From a virus: a stretch of 64,000 nucleotides of DNA. Below are positions 20,330 through 30,180 of this stretch, piece after piece. Under the pieces are notes generated by a model. It was not told where the DNA came from, did no database searches, and was given only the letters and a program-made list of their open reading frames with translations. The first letter of the stretch is position 1. Each line of letters starts with the position of its first letter. The DNA lies in the IMG/VR virus record IMGVR_UViG_3300030202_002822. One strand, given 5' to 3'. The translations under genes and the position numbers were made by a program.

Positions 20330-21455
20330 TATTAACGGTTTTAATAATTTTAGTTATATCATCATCTGTTAAATTTAGATGAATTGGAAGTGTTAATTCT
20401 TTATTTTCATATTCACTAGCACCAATCAATTCTTCATATTTTAAACTAGTATTACCATTAAAAATAACATATTTATCATTTCTCTTATAATGCATACCAG
20501 GATAAATTTCATTAGAAGATAATCTAGAATATATTTCATCTCTATCATTAAAAAATATTGGTAAAAAATGAGAACTAGATATAATATTATCATTATAATC
20601 TGGAAATTCACATATTTTTGGATTTATTTCATTTAAGTATCTTTTAGCAATTTCTCTTCTTCTCTCATTATCTTCTTCAATAAATTTTAATTGATGCAAC
20701 CCAATGGTTGCAACTATATCATTCATATGGTATTTGTAACCAACTTCTAAAACATCATAATCCCAATTATAAGACTGTTTTTCACTATCTAAGTGGCTTC
20801 TTTCAAGGGTACTTTTATCAATACCTAACCATATTAATTTTTTAATTCTAGAAGCTACCTCGTCATCTTTAGTGGATATACCTCCACCATCTCCTACAGG
20901 TAGGTTTTTAACTGCTTGAAAGCTCCATACACAAATATTATCAGTATCACCAATCATTTTACCATGATATCTACCCCCAAAAGCATGTGCGCAATCTTCA
21001 ATTACTGGTATATTATATTGTTTACCTATTTTGTTTATTTCATTCATATCACAAGAATAACCTCCGATATGAACTACCATAATAGCACCGATATCTGGAT
21101 ACTTCTCAAGCCCTCTTTTTATACTTTTAATATCGGCGTTTCCACTTTTTGGGTTTACGTCATAAAAAACTGGTACATGACCTTCGTATTTTATGGCGTG
21201 ATTTGTACTAACAAATGTTATTGGTGTGGTTAATATTTTAGTTTTAGGTTTTAAATTTAAACACTTAACGGCTAGGTGTAATGAGGAGGTGCAGCTATTA
21301 GTAGCGATAAAATTACCACAATTTAAATATTCACTAATTTTTTTTTCGAATTCGCTTGTTTTAGGTCCTAATCCAACCCAGCCAGTATCAAAGATATTAC
21401 TTAGTTCTTTTAATATACCTTCTTTTCTTATTTTTGGTTTAAATACTTGTATCAT
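20322..21455 (-). CDS. DegT/DnrJ/EryC1/StrS PLP-dependent sugar aminotransferase
   Basis: 'NSCTSSLHLA', 'TPITFVST', 'IEDCAHAFG', 'SFQAVKNL..GDGG', 'GYKYHM'. Confidence 0.95.
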   Translation of the reverse strand: MIQVFKPKIRKEGILKELSNIFDTGWVGLGPKTSEFEKKISEYLNCGNFIATNSCTSSLHLAVKCLNLKPKTKILTTPITFVSTNHAIKYEGHVPVFYDVNPKSGNADIKSIKRGLEKYPDIGAIMVVHIGGYSCDMNEINKIGKQYNIPVIEDCAHAFGGRYHGKMIGDTDNICVWSFQAVKNLPVGDGGGISTKDDEVASRIKKLIWLGIDKSTLERSHLDSEKQSYNWDYDVLEVGYKYHMNDIVATIGLHQLKFIEEDNERRREIAKRYLNEINPKICEFPDYNDNIISSSHFLPIFFNDRDEIYSRLSSNEIYPGMHYKRNDKYVIFNGNTSLKYEELIGASEYENKELTLPIHLNLTDDDITKIIKTVNNG

Positions 21456-21500
21456 ATTTATTTTTATACCTAATTTATAAGTGTTAATATAACTTTTATA

Positions 21501-22166
21501 TTATTTATTATCCAATATTTTTGAACATTCTGTTTTAAAATCTAATTTTTGTTCTTCTGAATTAATTTGAAACTGATGATAAATTTTAGAATCTTTAAAC
21601 TCATAAACGCATCCATTACCAAAAAATCTATCACTACCTAATTTCCATTTTTGATTCTTTGAAGATGTTAATTTAATAAACTTAACTTTCACACCCTTTT
21701 CATAAGCAAGGTATGTGTGTTCTTGTGCAATATCACTTCTTCCAGTACCATCAAATGAAATGGAACCAAGTTTACCGTAAACTTCCTTTGTAATACCAAA
21801 ACAAGCTGGGCCAGCGTAAATAAAATTAGAATCTAAGTGATTGGCTGTTTGTTCGATACCTATAATGCACTCTTCTTTTAATAATTCTTCGACAATATTA
21901 TCATAAATTCTATCATCTAGTGGTATACAATCTAAATCAAAGAATATAAAAATATCAGAATCAAAATTATTAAGACTATAATCCATAAATTTTGCATGGG
22001 TTAGACTTGGGTCTAAATAACAATCTATATTTAGATTTAAATGTTTAAATACGGTTTCTTGTGTTTGTTGTATTTCTGACACTATGTCATGGTTAAACCA
22101 TGTTAATACACACACTCTTTTATTGTTAATATTTAATATTGTTGGTTGTTCGTTTAATTTTTTCAT
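21501..22166 (-). CDS. Putative GT-A-like glycosyltransferase
   Basis: 'FIFFDLDCIPL' DxD motif; operon context. Confidence 0.5.
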   Translation of the reverse strand: MKKLNEQPTILNINNKRVCVLTWFNHDIVSEIQQTQETVFKHLNLNIDCYLDPSLTHAKFMDYSLNNFDSDIFIFFDLDCIPLDDRIYDNIVEELLKEECIIGIEQTANHLDSNFIYAGPACFGITKEVYGKLGSISFDGTGRSDIAQEHTYLAYEKGVKVKFIKLTSSKNQKWKLGSDRFFGNGCVYEFKDSKIYHQFQINSEEQKLDFKTECSKILDNK

Positions 22167-22828
22167 TGTTTAAAATGTTTATTAGTCATTGATTTCATTT
22201 TTTTATCAGTATATGTTATATAAGAATAACCATCATATTGGTAGGTTAAGAGTGGTATAAAGATGTGTGATTTTAATTCACCACTTTTATGTAATAAATT
22301 ATACTCACCATCAGTTGCTGAATTAAATTCTAACAATTTATTGGATACTAAGTCATAAACTGTGTGATTTAGTAAATATGAATGCGTTCCCATCATAGTG
22401 TCACCAACAGTTTCAAAAATATTTTCACTAATTTTCTTACCGTTAGTATTTATAATACCGCCTATATAGATTTGCTCCCAATTTTCTGGTAATTGTTGAC
22501 CTAACATGTTAAGTCTATCTAAAAAATCATCACACAGCTCTATATCATCTTCTAATATTAGAATATTTTTATAATTTAGTGTTTTAGCCATTTTTATCGC
22601 CATTATATGTGATAACGTACAACATAATTCACCTTTAGCAAAAGTTCTACCCATAGCCTTACCAAAAAAATTTCTATCAAAAAAATTATCAAGTATATCA
22701 GCGTCAAATGCTGGTAAAAATACCACATTACTAATATCAAAATTAACTCTTTTAAAAGACTCTATTAATCGTTCTTTTCTTTCAGTAGCCCTTTCTAGGT
22801 TTATCACTATTATTTTATCAATAAACAT
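22163..22828 (-). CDS. Glycosyltransferase family 25
   Basis: 'VINLERATERK', 'GELCCTLSH', 'LILEDD'. Confidence 0.9.
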   Translation of the reverse strand: MFIDKIIVINLERATERKERLIESFKRVNFDISNVVFLPAFDADILDNFFDRNFFGKAMGRTFAKGELCCTLSHIMAIKMAKTLNYKNILILEDDIELCDDFLDRLNMLGQQLPENWEQIYIGGIINTNGKKISENIFETVGDTMMGTHSYLLNHTVYDLVSNKLLEFNSATDGEYNLLHKSGELKSHIFIPLLTYQYDGYSYITYTDKKMKSMTNKHFKQ

Positions 22829-22829
22829 G

Positions 22830-23669
22830 TTATCTATTTATTATTTTTATTAAGTCGTTAGCTTGTTTTTCTAATGTTAAATTATTTAATATATAATCTC
22901 TAGGTGCAAAGGTATGTATTTCTTTTAAAAAATGCAAGTATTTATTTTCTAATTCTGCATGTTCGGTAAATTTAATCCCGCATTCATTTGACCAATAAGG
23001 TATTGAAGTAGCCTCGATTTTATATTCTTCACCTCTATCAACCCAATGAGTTACATCCCAAACTAAAAGTGGTAAATTGCAACTCATAATTTCTTCAATT
23101 GCAACCCCTTGACTTTCTGTATTATCTAATATTATCCCATACCTACTTCTAGATATTTTTTCAATAAATTCAGTTTCGTTGTATGAGCCATATTCTACTA
23201 TTTCAAATGATTGACCTTTTCGATTAAGTAGTTCTTTGATAGTGTTCAATTCACTTTGACTTCTGCGTTTTAAATAAATTAAGCAATCATTTGTTTTGGT
23301 TTCATTTGATTTGTCTGAAAATAAATCAGTATCAATACCAACTGGCCAAACTACCAATTTATCTTCTGGTAACCATCTCATATAAAGTTTTTTAACCCAT
23401 TCTGATGGTACTATAGTTTTTTTGTATTGTTGATTCATTATTATTTGACTATCTATCGGTAATACGCAAATATTTGGCCCTATAAAGGCGTTAGTTATGT
23501 GGTTTGTATTAATAATATTATGGTTGTGTAAAGACACTATAATATCATCACTACTTGGTGTTGGGTTATTTGGTTGGTAGTCTACATTTAATTTATTTAG
23601 CCCTGATAATAGATTTCTATATACTTTACCTGGCCCCATTGAGCTATTGTTGAAATATATATTAAGCAT
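22830..23669 (-). CDS. GT-B-like glycosyltransferase
   Basis: 'GPGKVYRNL..GL', 'VPSEWV', 'WPVGIDTD.F', 'ESQGVAIEEIMSCNLPLLVWD'. Start set at ATG 23669. Confidence 0.7.
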   Translation of the reverse strand: MLNIYFNNSSMGPGKVYRNLLSGLNKLNVDYQPNNPTPSSDDIIVSLHNHNIINTNHITNAFIGPNICVLPIDSQIIMNQQYKKTIVPSEWVKKLYMRWLPEDKLVVWPVGIDTDLFSDKSNETKTNDCLIYLKRRSQSELNTIKELLNRKGQSFEIVEYGSYNETEFIEKISRSRYGIILDNTESQGVAIEEIMSCNLPLLVWDVTHWVDRGEEYKIEATSIPYWSNECGIKFTEHAELENKYLHFLKEIHTFAPRDYILNNLTLEKQANDLIKIINR

Positions 23670-24294
23670 CTTTTTTAATATATAAAGCGTCACCCCATTC
23701 TGATGGTGTCATTTCTGTTTCAACTCTTTCAAAACCATATTTACCTAAGAATGTGTCAATTTCTGTTATTTTAGCACAACCCTTATATACTTCACCAGTA
23801 TTAACTTCAGTATAAATGTATTTAAAAGGTTTAAGTGTCTCACCCATCCCTTCTAAGGCTAATAATTCAGCTCCTTGAATATCTAGATTAAGGAAGTCGT
23901 AGTCATCTATATTGATATTATGTTCTTTGACTATTGTATCAATTCTTTTAGATTTAACTTTTTTAATATCGACAATATTAACTTGTGGATGATATTGTAA
24001 GTGCTTATCCATTTCTAATATAGATGATGATTGACCATTATTACTAATATTAAAATCGTATTCTTCATCATCAATATTTGAAACTAAGTAACTAAGAATT
24101 ACTTGATTACTATATTGTGATAGGTTGCTTTCTAATTGACCTATTAAATCATCATTACCTTCGACCCATACAACCTTATTAATTCCCATTTTATCATAAT
24201 CTACAGCTTCTTCACCTAAATGTGCACCAATATGTAACACACCTTTTGGTTTAAAATTATATTTTTGACACATGTACTCTAAACTTATTAACAT
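23662..24294 (-). CDS. FkbM-family methyltransferase
   Basis: 'LHIGAHLGEE', 'WVEGN', 'SSSILE', 'LNLDIQGAELLAL.G', 'YTEVN'. Start set at ATG 24294. Confidence 0.9.
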   Translation of the reverse strand: MLISLEYMCQKYNFKPKGVLHIGAHLGEEAVDYDKMGINKVVWVEGNDDLIGQLESNLSQYSNQVILSYLVSNIDDEEYDFNISNNGQSSSILEMDKHLQYHPQVNIVDIKKVKSKRIDTIVKEHNINIDDYDFLNLDIQGAELLALEGMGETLKPFKYIYTEVNTGEVYKGCAKITEIDTFLGKYGFERVETEMTPSEWGDALYIKKDA

Positions 24295-24296
24295 AA

Positions 24297-25064
24297 TTAA
24301 ATTTTTATCCAATTCTTATTATAAACATCATTAGTGTCTTGTGGACCGTTAGGGCCAAACCAGATACTAGGTGCTACTACTTTATTATTATATGAACACA
24401 AATAAGCGCCCCACCAACTAAAACTACTATTGGCTATTATTTGGTTATTACATAACTTTATCAAATATAAATCATCTAGCTCATTTGTAAATGGTGAATA
24501 GTGAATATTTTTTCCTTTAAAATTTTTTTTACACCAATTAATATCGTCTGAAACGAATATAAAATTACTTTCATTACCTATAATTTCCATACCTTTTTTG
24601 TAGTACTCAATACTACAGGTTGGATGGTAATTTGGCTTAGTCAGGTAGTCCCCCCTTCTGACGTGTATTGCTGTAGCGCTTTCAAATTGTGATAAATATT
24701 CCCGTATTTCTATTTCTTTATCCTTATCAAAATAAAATAGTTTTTTAATTTCATCTTTATAATCCAAAAAAAACTTTTCGCTTTGAAAATCACCTTCTAA
24801 CATTAAGTTGTCAAGTTTAGGTATGTTGTAGTAAGCAAAGCAAGGCTGTAGGTGTCTTCTGAACGAATTTAAATTTAAATCGACATCATTTACGTTTTTG
24901 AATATACTATCCTTGTATTTATTTGATGTATTACCTTGTGCTGGTGTATGACATCTATTTAGATTAAATGCATATTCAACACCCATCACTTTACTCAATG
25001 AGTATGCGGCAGCTATTTGAAACATTTGATTCCCTAAGCCGCCTTGTAAAAATGATGTTATCAT
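24297..25064 (-). CDS. Alpha-1,2-fucosyltransferase (GT11)
   Basis: 'GGLGNQMFQ', 'G.FQSEKFF', 'IHVRRGDY', 'FVSDD..W', 'IANSSFSWWGAYL'. Confidence 0.93.
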   Translation of the reverse strand: MITSFLQGGLGNQMFQIAAAYSLSKVMGVEYAFNLNRCHTPAQGNTSNKYKDSIFKNVNDVDLNLNSFRRHLQPCFAYYNIPKLDNLMLEGDFQSEKFFLDYKDEIKKLFYFDKDKEIEIREYLSQFESATAIHVRRGDYLTKPNYHPTCSIEYYKKGMEIIGNESNFIFVSDDINWCKKNFKGKNIHYSPFTNELDDLYLIKLCNNQIIANSSFSWWGAYLCSYNNKVVAPSIWFGPNGPQDTNDVYNKNWIKI

Positions 25065-25780
25065 AACTTAAGTCTTTCGTATTTTTTTCTACTTCTTATT
25101 TCGGAAGCTAGTTTATTAACTAAATCCATGTCAACCTTATGGTCGTTTAATGGGTTTTGTTCGTTATATATTAAGTTAACCTCTGGTAAGAATTTATAAT
25201 GTTCTGGTCCAGACATCTCAAGCATTGGTAACATATAGGCTAAGTCAGCATTAAGTCTAAGGTAATTACCGTTTGAGTCTTTGTGGTCTTCATCTTTTAT
25301 TGCTCTCCATAAGAATACTTTCCAAGTCCTTAAATGAGTTGCTGTAAATCTATTTTTTCTTAAGTTGTCAAAATCAACTTGTGGTGACGAGAATCCTGGG
25401 GCACCAGAAGAATATTTAAAACTACCATTAGTAATCCAAATATTATTATCTTGATAAGCTTCATTAACCCTAACTAAAGTGTTAGAGTCTGACAACCAGT
25501 CATCACCGTCTAACTCTACAACAATATCATTTTCATCTATTCCTTCTGTTTCAGATAATACTTTTTCGTAATTACCGTTTTTAAAAGTTTTTTCTTCGTT
25601 AACTATGATTGTGAATCTTTTATCTTGACCGACCATATCTTTAATTCTACTCACGGTTGAATCTGTTGACACATCATCAATCACAAAGCACCTAAAGTCT
25701 TTAAATTTTTGACCCATTAATGAACCAAGACACCTCTCGATGTAGTTTTCACCGTTATAAACTGTTGTCATTACTATCAT
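25061..25780 (-). CDS. Glycosyltransferase family 2
   Basis: 'TTVYNGENYIERCL.S', 'IDDVSTD', 'LDGDDWL'. Confidence 0.9.
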   Translation of the reverse strand: MIVMTTVYNGENYIERCLGSLMGQKFKDFRCFVIDDVSTDSTVSRIKDMVGQDKRFTIIVNEEKTFKNGNYEKVLSETEGIDENDIVVELDGDDWLSDSNTLVRVNEAYQDNNIWITNGSFKYSSGAPGFSSPQVDFDNLRKNRFTATHLRTWKVFLWRAIKDEDHKDSNGNYLRLNADLAYMLPMLEMSGPEHYKFLPEVNLIYNEQNPLNDHKVDMDLVNKLASEIRSRKKYERLKL

Positions 25781-26526
25781 TAATCTATAATTTTAACTCT
25801 TTTTACTAGGTAATTTCTATAGTCTATTATATTTTCTTCTTCACTATATAAATAATATGTACCTAACCCATGTTTTATATTGAAATCACTTAATCTCTCT
25901 CCCCTTATTTTATGCTTATATAAATGATTTTTAAGACCTAAAAACTTATAATGTAACATTTTAAAATCTTCATCGGCATACAGTTTAATATCACCAATTG
26001 GGTTAGCATTATGACACCCAAAACTATAATTTATTTCCCTTATTTTGTTACAATCAAATATCATCATTTTATTTAAAACACCTGTTGGGACACCCTCTTT
26101 TACTTTTTCAAAAATATTATCGTTGTAATCTAGTATTAAATCCTCATCAGCTATCATATGTGAACCATTAGGTTTAAATATAGTCACACCCTTTTCAAAA
26201 CAAGATGTTAAAAATTCTACTATATTTTTATGATATATAAATTCATCAGTATCACCAACTATAACATAGTCAGCAACACCTTGACTACCTTTCCATATGT
26301 TATTTTTAATACTTAAGTATCTATCATCTCTCAATTCACCCTTAGTGTTATATGGTATTACTTCGGTGTTTTCGAATGAATTTACAATATCAATACTTTT
26401 GTCAGTTGACATGTTGTCTATTATATATATTTTTTCACAAAATGTTGAATAGTATCTCAAAAGATGTGGTAAAATATACTCTTCATTATAACATAAGAAG
26501 TAGGCATGTATTACTGGTTTTTTCAT
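25780..26526 (-). CDS. GT2-like glycosyltransferase
   Basis: 'CYNEEYILP', 'IDNMSTD', 'GDTDEF', 'LHYKF'. Start set at ATG 26526. Confidence 0.8.
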   Translation of the reverse strand: MKKPVIHAYFLCYNEEYILPHLLRYYSTFCEKIYIIDNMSTDKSIDIVNSFENTEVIPYNTKGELRDDRYLSIKNNIWKGSQGVADYVIVGDTDEFIYHKNIVEFLTSCFEKGVTIFKPNGSHMIADEDLILDYNDNIFEKVKEGVPTGVLNKMMIFDCNKIREINYSFGCHNANPIGDIKLYADEDFKMLHYKFLGLKNHLYKHKIRGERLSDFNIKHGLGTYYLYSEEENIIDYRNYLVKRVKIID

Positions 26527-27314
26527 AATTCTAATAATTTTACCCATTCTTGGATTATTCCTTCATTTGTTAAGTCTTTAACATCATGTTCAGTGGCTTT
26601 GTTACCATAGAATTTAGTCCCAGTAGTTTCACATTCGTCTTTAACTAATGGGGCAACCTCTCTGTTAGATGAAAGAAAAGCGGCACCAATCATATCGTAC
26701 ATTTTTTGTTTGTCAGAAATAAACCCATATTCGATAACGTTATCATATTCGTCTATCATTGGTTTAACAACATTATTATAGTAATTGGTGTCGCTTACAT
26801 TTCCGAATAACAAAACTTTTTCATAACCCTCGTTTAATGCTCTCATTATAGATGCTTCAGTTCTTTTGTTTTGGTCAATAGAGCCAATGACTCCAGCTAC
26901 TTTTTCTACCTCTTTTTTCTTTGGGGTTTTAATTAAAGTTTCTCTAAGATTTGGTATTATATCATACTTACCGTAATACCCTGAATGATATTTTTTTTGT
27001 TTTTCGTTTAAAAATACAACAGTATCCCAAAATGGTTTTACATTAGACACCTCAAAAACATTTGTTTCGTGACAATTTAAAACAACTTTTTTACAGTTTG
27101 GTTTTTCTTGCAATTGCATAAAATGTACAATTAAAGAATCGTCATTTTTAGGTTTATAATCTTTTAATAAACCAGATTTACATTTATCTAGGTGCCATTC
27201 ATGTGGGCCATATAAAATTGTTTCATATCCAGCTTCATTTAAAGCGTTAGTTAAGTTTATAAAGGCAAAAGTTGAGCCTCCCTTATTACTCCACCCTGTA
27301 AGTATTTTTATCAT
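26523..27314 (-). CDS. GT-B-like glycosyltransferase
   Basis: 'GGST.AFINL..AL', 'IIPN', 'GVIGSI..NK', 'FLSS..E..PLV..E'. Confidence 0.7.
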   Translation of the reverse strand: MIKILTGWSNKGGSTFAFINLTNALNEAGYETILYGPHEWHLDKCKSGLLKDYKPKNDDSLIVHFMQLQEKPNCKKVVLNCHETNVFEVSNVKPFWDTVVFLNEKQKKYHSGYYGKYDIIPNLRETLIKTPKKKEVEKVAGVIGSIDQNKRTEASIMRALNEGYEKVLLFGNVSDTNYYNNVVKPMIDEYDNVIEYGFISDKQKMYDMIGAAFLSSNREVAPLVKDECETTGTKFYGNKATEHDVKDLTNEGIIQEWVKLLEL

Positions 27315-28399
27315 AATAACTCTTTTTGGTATGATTTAACTATTTCATTTATATCACCATCAGATGTCACACATGGTATGTCTGGGTATAAGTTATTTAA
27401 ATGATTAGCTATTTCTAAATCTGTTGTATGAGTTAAATCAAATTTAACTTCAGACACTCTGTATAGTTTATTAACTTCTGACTTTACAAATCCGTTAGGG
27501 CTATTTATTTCCCATTCTCCATCACCTAGCTTGTAACCTGGTGGTTGATTTATTGGTGTAAATCTAACACCCTTTTGGCTTAATTTTTTTAGGTTTATTC
27601 TGTCTGAATCAACTACAGGTGCAGTTACAGTTATGTTGTAATTTAACTCTTTTAATTTGTTAACTATGGTTAGTGTTTCTGATATTGCTTTACCACTAAC
27701 TAATACGTTGTATCTTTCTTTACCACTAAATACTTTATCAATTTTAACTGGTAAGTGTTCTTTATATTTTTCAGAAAAAATAATTCTATTTTCTTCCCAT
27801 TCTTGATTAGTTTCACCAATGGACATGTGGTTAACCCTAACATTAGTGTGTACACCTATTTTAACACCTTCAATGTAGTTTCTAAAACAAAAGTCAACAT
27901 CATAAAAATGGAAACCCTTAACGTCTAAATTAAATCCCTTTTTGATTCTATCTCTGTGAACACTAAAGAATAAGCCGTCAACTATAACAGTTTCTGTTAA
28001 TTCATTACCTAAATCACCACTATAACTAGAAAGCCAAGACTTACCATTGTGGGTGTGTTTAACCTTTCCATACATTTTTTTCTTATCATCCCACCATCTT
28101 CCAGATTCTGACATGTATTTAGTTCCAGCAACACCTATAATCCCGTAATCTGGGTTGTTGTTAAATAGTTTGGTTATCTTCTTACATATTTGATTAGTCT
28201 CTAACAGTATATCATCATGACAAAACACAATGATATCATACTTTGCCTCATCAAGGGCTTTTTGATAGAACTTAGTTAAACCTTCTCCCTTGTTTATATA
28301 TTCAATAACCTCAACCTTTTTTAACTCTCCAGAGCATTTTCTTAAATGTTCAGAATGTTTTGGGTTTGCTTCTCTTGTGCAGTATACTATACTAATCAT
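27311..28399 (-). CDS. GT2-like glycosyltransferase with C-terminal extension
   Basis: 'MISIVYCT', 'VFCHDDI', 'GIIGVAG', 'VDGLF', 'FHFYDVDFC'. Confidence 0.8.
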   Translation of the reverse strand: MISIVYCTREANPKHSEHLRKCSGELKKVEVIEYINKGEGLTKFYQKALDEAKYDIIVFCHDDILLETNQICKKITKLFNNNPDYGIIGVAGTKYMSESGRWWDDKKKMYGKVKHTHNGKSWLSSYSGDLGNELTETVIVDGLFFSVHRDRIKKGFNLDVKGFHFYDVDFCFRNYIEGVKIGVHTNVRVNHMSIGETNQEWEENRIIFSEKYKEHLPVKIDKVFSGKERYNVLVSGKAISETLTIVNKLKELNYNITVTAPVVDSDRINLKKLSQKGVRFTPINQPPGYKLGDGEWEINSPNGFVKSEVNKLYRVSEVKFDLTHTTDLEIANHLNNLYPDIPCVTSDGDINEIVKSYQKELL

Positions 28400-28538
28400 T
28401 TATTTTATTTAATTTTTCTTTTAATTCACGTAGTAAAGATTTTAAATACTTAATATACCAACCATCTAGATAGCTTTCGTGAATTAATTCAATTTCAGTT
28501 TCAACTATCCTTTCTTTTAGTTTTTTATCTTTTGACAT
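28392..28538 (-). CDS. Small hypothetical protein, 48 aa (not in ORF track)
   Basis: Manual translation MSKDKKLKERIVETEIELIHESYLDGWYIKYLKSLLRELKEKLNKIND fills the gap between dut and the next GT. Confidence 0.55.
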   Translation of the reverse strand: MSKDKKLKERIVETEIELIHESYLDGWYIKYLKSLLRELKEKLNKIND

Positions 28539-28544
28539 ATAACT

Positions 28545-29141
28545 TTACTTTACACCTGTACTACCAAAACCACCAGAACCTCTTTCTGTTTCGTTTAATT
28601 CGTCAACTTTATCTAGCCTAACAAATTGTCCATTACTTACTGCAGATAGTACACCTTGAGCTATTCTGTCTCCGTTACTAATTACAAATTCTTCAGTTCC
28701 GTGATTAATTAAAATAACTTTAACTTCACCTCTGTAGTCGCTATCTACTGTTCCAGGACTATTAAGGACTGTGATGCTTTTTTTAGCCGCAAGACCACTT
28801 CTAGGTCTAACTTGCAATTCAATTGACTCAGGTAGTTCGAAAAATAGTCCAGTTGGCACCATAGCAACATTGTTGCCACTACCTGATGGTCCTATAGTGA
28901 TTACCTCTCCTTCACTTGGTAAGTTTGCTCTAAAATCAAACCCAGCAGCGCCATCAGTTTGAAATTCTGGGTCTTCGTTATTAGATTTGTTAATGAATTT
29001 AATAGACATCTTTAAGTCACTAATGTGTGCGGTATGATTAACTGAATTGAATTCAGTGTCAAAATCCTCCATACTATAAGAATTATTTGGGTCTATTGCC
29101 TCAAATAATTTTTTATTTATTTCATTTGAATTTATATCCAT
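28545..29141 (-). CDS. dut: Trimeric dUTPase with N-terminal extension
   Basis: Motifs 'AAGFD', 'RPRSGL', 'GTVDSDYRGE', 'GDRIAQ', 'RGSGGFGSTG'. Confidence 0.96.
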   Translation of the reverse strand: MDINSNEINKKLFEAIDPNNSYSMEDFDTEFNSVNHTAHISDLKMSIKFINKSNNEDPEFQTDGAAGFDFRANLPSEGEVITIGPSGSGNNVAMVPTGLFFELPESIELQVRPRSGLAAKKSITVLNSPGTVDSDYRGEVKVILINHGTEEFVISNGDRIAQGVLSAVSNGQFVRLDKVDELNETERGSGGFGSTGVK

Positions 29142-29142
29142 A

Positions 29143-29697
29143 TTACTTTTGTTCTATCACTGCGATTTGATTTGCAACCTTAAGTATAGCTGCTAATTTT
29201 TCACCAATTTTTGTCATTGGTTTTTGAGCAAAATCACTATTAAAATTATAAATAGCATATACCTCATCTTCAGTTAATTCAATTCCAGATTTAAGTGCAT
29301 AAAATACTGAGCGTTCAGCAGTGCCCATACTTAGTTTGTCTTCATTCCAAGTATACATCTCACCTCTATTCTCTCTATGCCATTTTGAAGTTTGCTCCAC
29401 AAACATAGATGACTTACCTATTTGATGAATTAAACATACTCTAATTATAGAATCTATCTCAACCTGCTTAGATTCTGGTAGAGACTTGTTTACTGCAATA
29501 GCGTGTTTAGTTACGTTAAGAATGTGTTGAATTAGACCTCCATCATATGCATTGTAGTATTTATCACTACTAGTGCATGGCGCTTTAATAAAAGACTCAC
29601 CTAATGATGTCATTAGTTCATCGTTAACAACATTGTATTTTAAACCTGTGTCGTTAAACTTCTTTGCGTTTTTTAAAATCTTCTCTTCTGTTAACAT
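29143..29697 (-). CDS. HD-domain-like protein with degenerate metal ligands
   Basis: 'AP......AYDGGL..H.LNV' and 'LIHQIGK' (canonical LLHDxGK), 'VANQ' (canonical ADx). Confidence 0.55.
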   Translation of the reverse strand: MLTEEKILKNAKKFNDTGLKYNVVNDELMTSLGESFIKAPCTSSDKYYNAYDGGLIQHILNVTKHAIAVNKSLPESKQVEIDSIIRVCLIHQIGKSSMFVEQTSKWHRENRGEMYTWNEDKLSMGTAERSVFYALKSGIELTEDEVYAIYNFNSDFAQKPMTKIGEKLAAILKVANQIAVIEQK

Positions 29698-29719
29698 AAT
29701 TTATTTGTTTTAATTTATA

Positions 29720-30157
29720 CTAGTCAATATTGTGCGTTAATTGTTCATTGTCAGAATCTAGTTTTTCATTTTGATTTACACTTGAGTTTTTGATATCAAA
29801 CATGCTAGTTAGTGGTTTTGGTACTGAAACTTTAATTAGATTCCCATTACTATCTAACGTAACACCAAATGGTTTTTCCGTTTTTAAATCATTTAATTTA
29901 ACTAGATTTTCCTTGAAGTCATTTAAGTTGATATCACGTTCTTCTTTAACTTTATTATTAGAAGGTGTTTTATCCATATTAAAAGTTTTGTCTCTATCGT
30001 CTAACTTTTTTATTATGGTGTAGGCTCGTTTAAGTGAGTCATCACTAGGTTGTTCGAGTACAACTTCTTCATTTTTAACGTTTAATTCACTTGATTCTTC
30101 AGATAAATAATCAGCTATAAAATCAAATACTAGTTTTAGTTTTTCTTTTTTTTTCAT
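29720..30157 (-). CDS. Hypothetical protein
   Basis: 145-aa ORF in operon; no motif. Confidence 0.55.
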   Translation of the reverse strand: MKKKEKLKLVFDFIADYLSEESSELNVKNEEVVLEQPSDDSLKRAYTIIKKLDDRDKTFNMDKTPSNNKVKEERDINLNDFKENLVKLNDLKTEKPFGVTLDSNGNLIKVSVPKPLTSMFDIKNSSVNQNEKLDSDNEQLTHNID

Positions 30158-30180
30158 AATATATTACAAAATTACTATTT

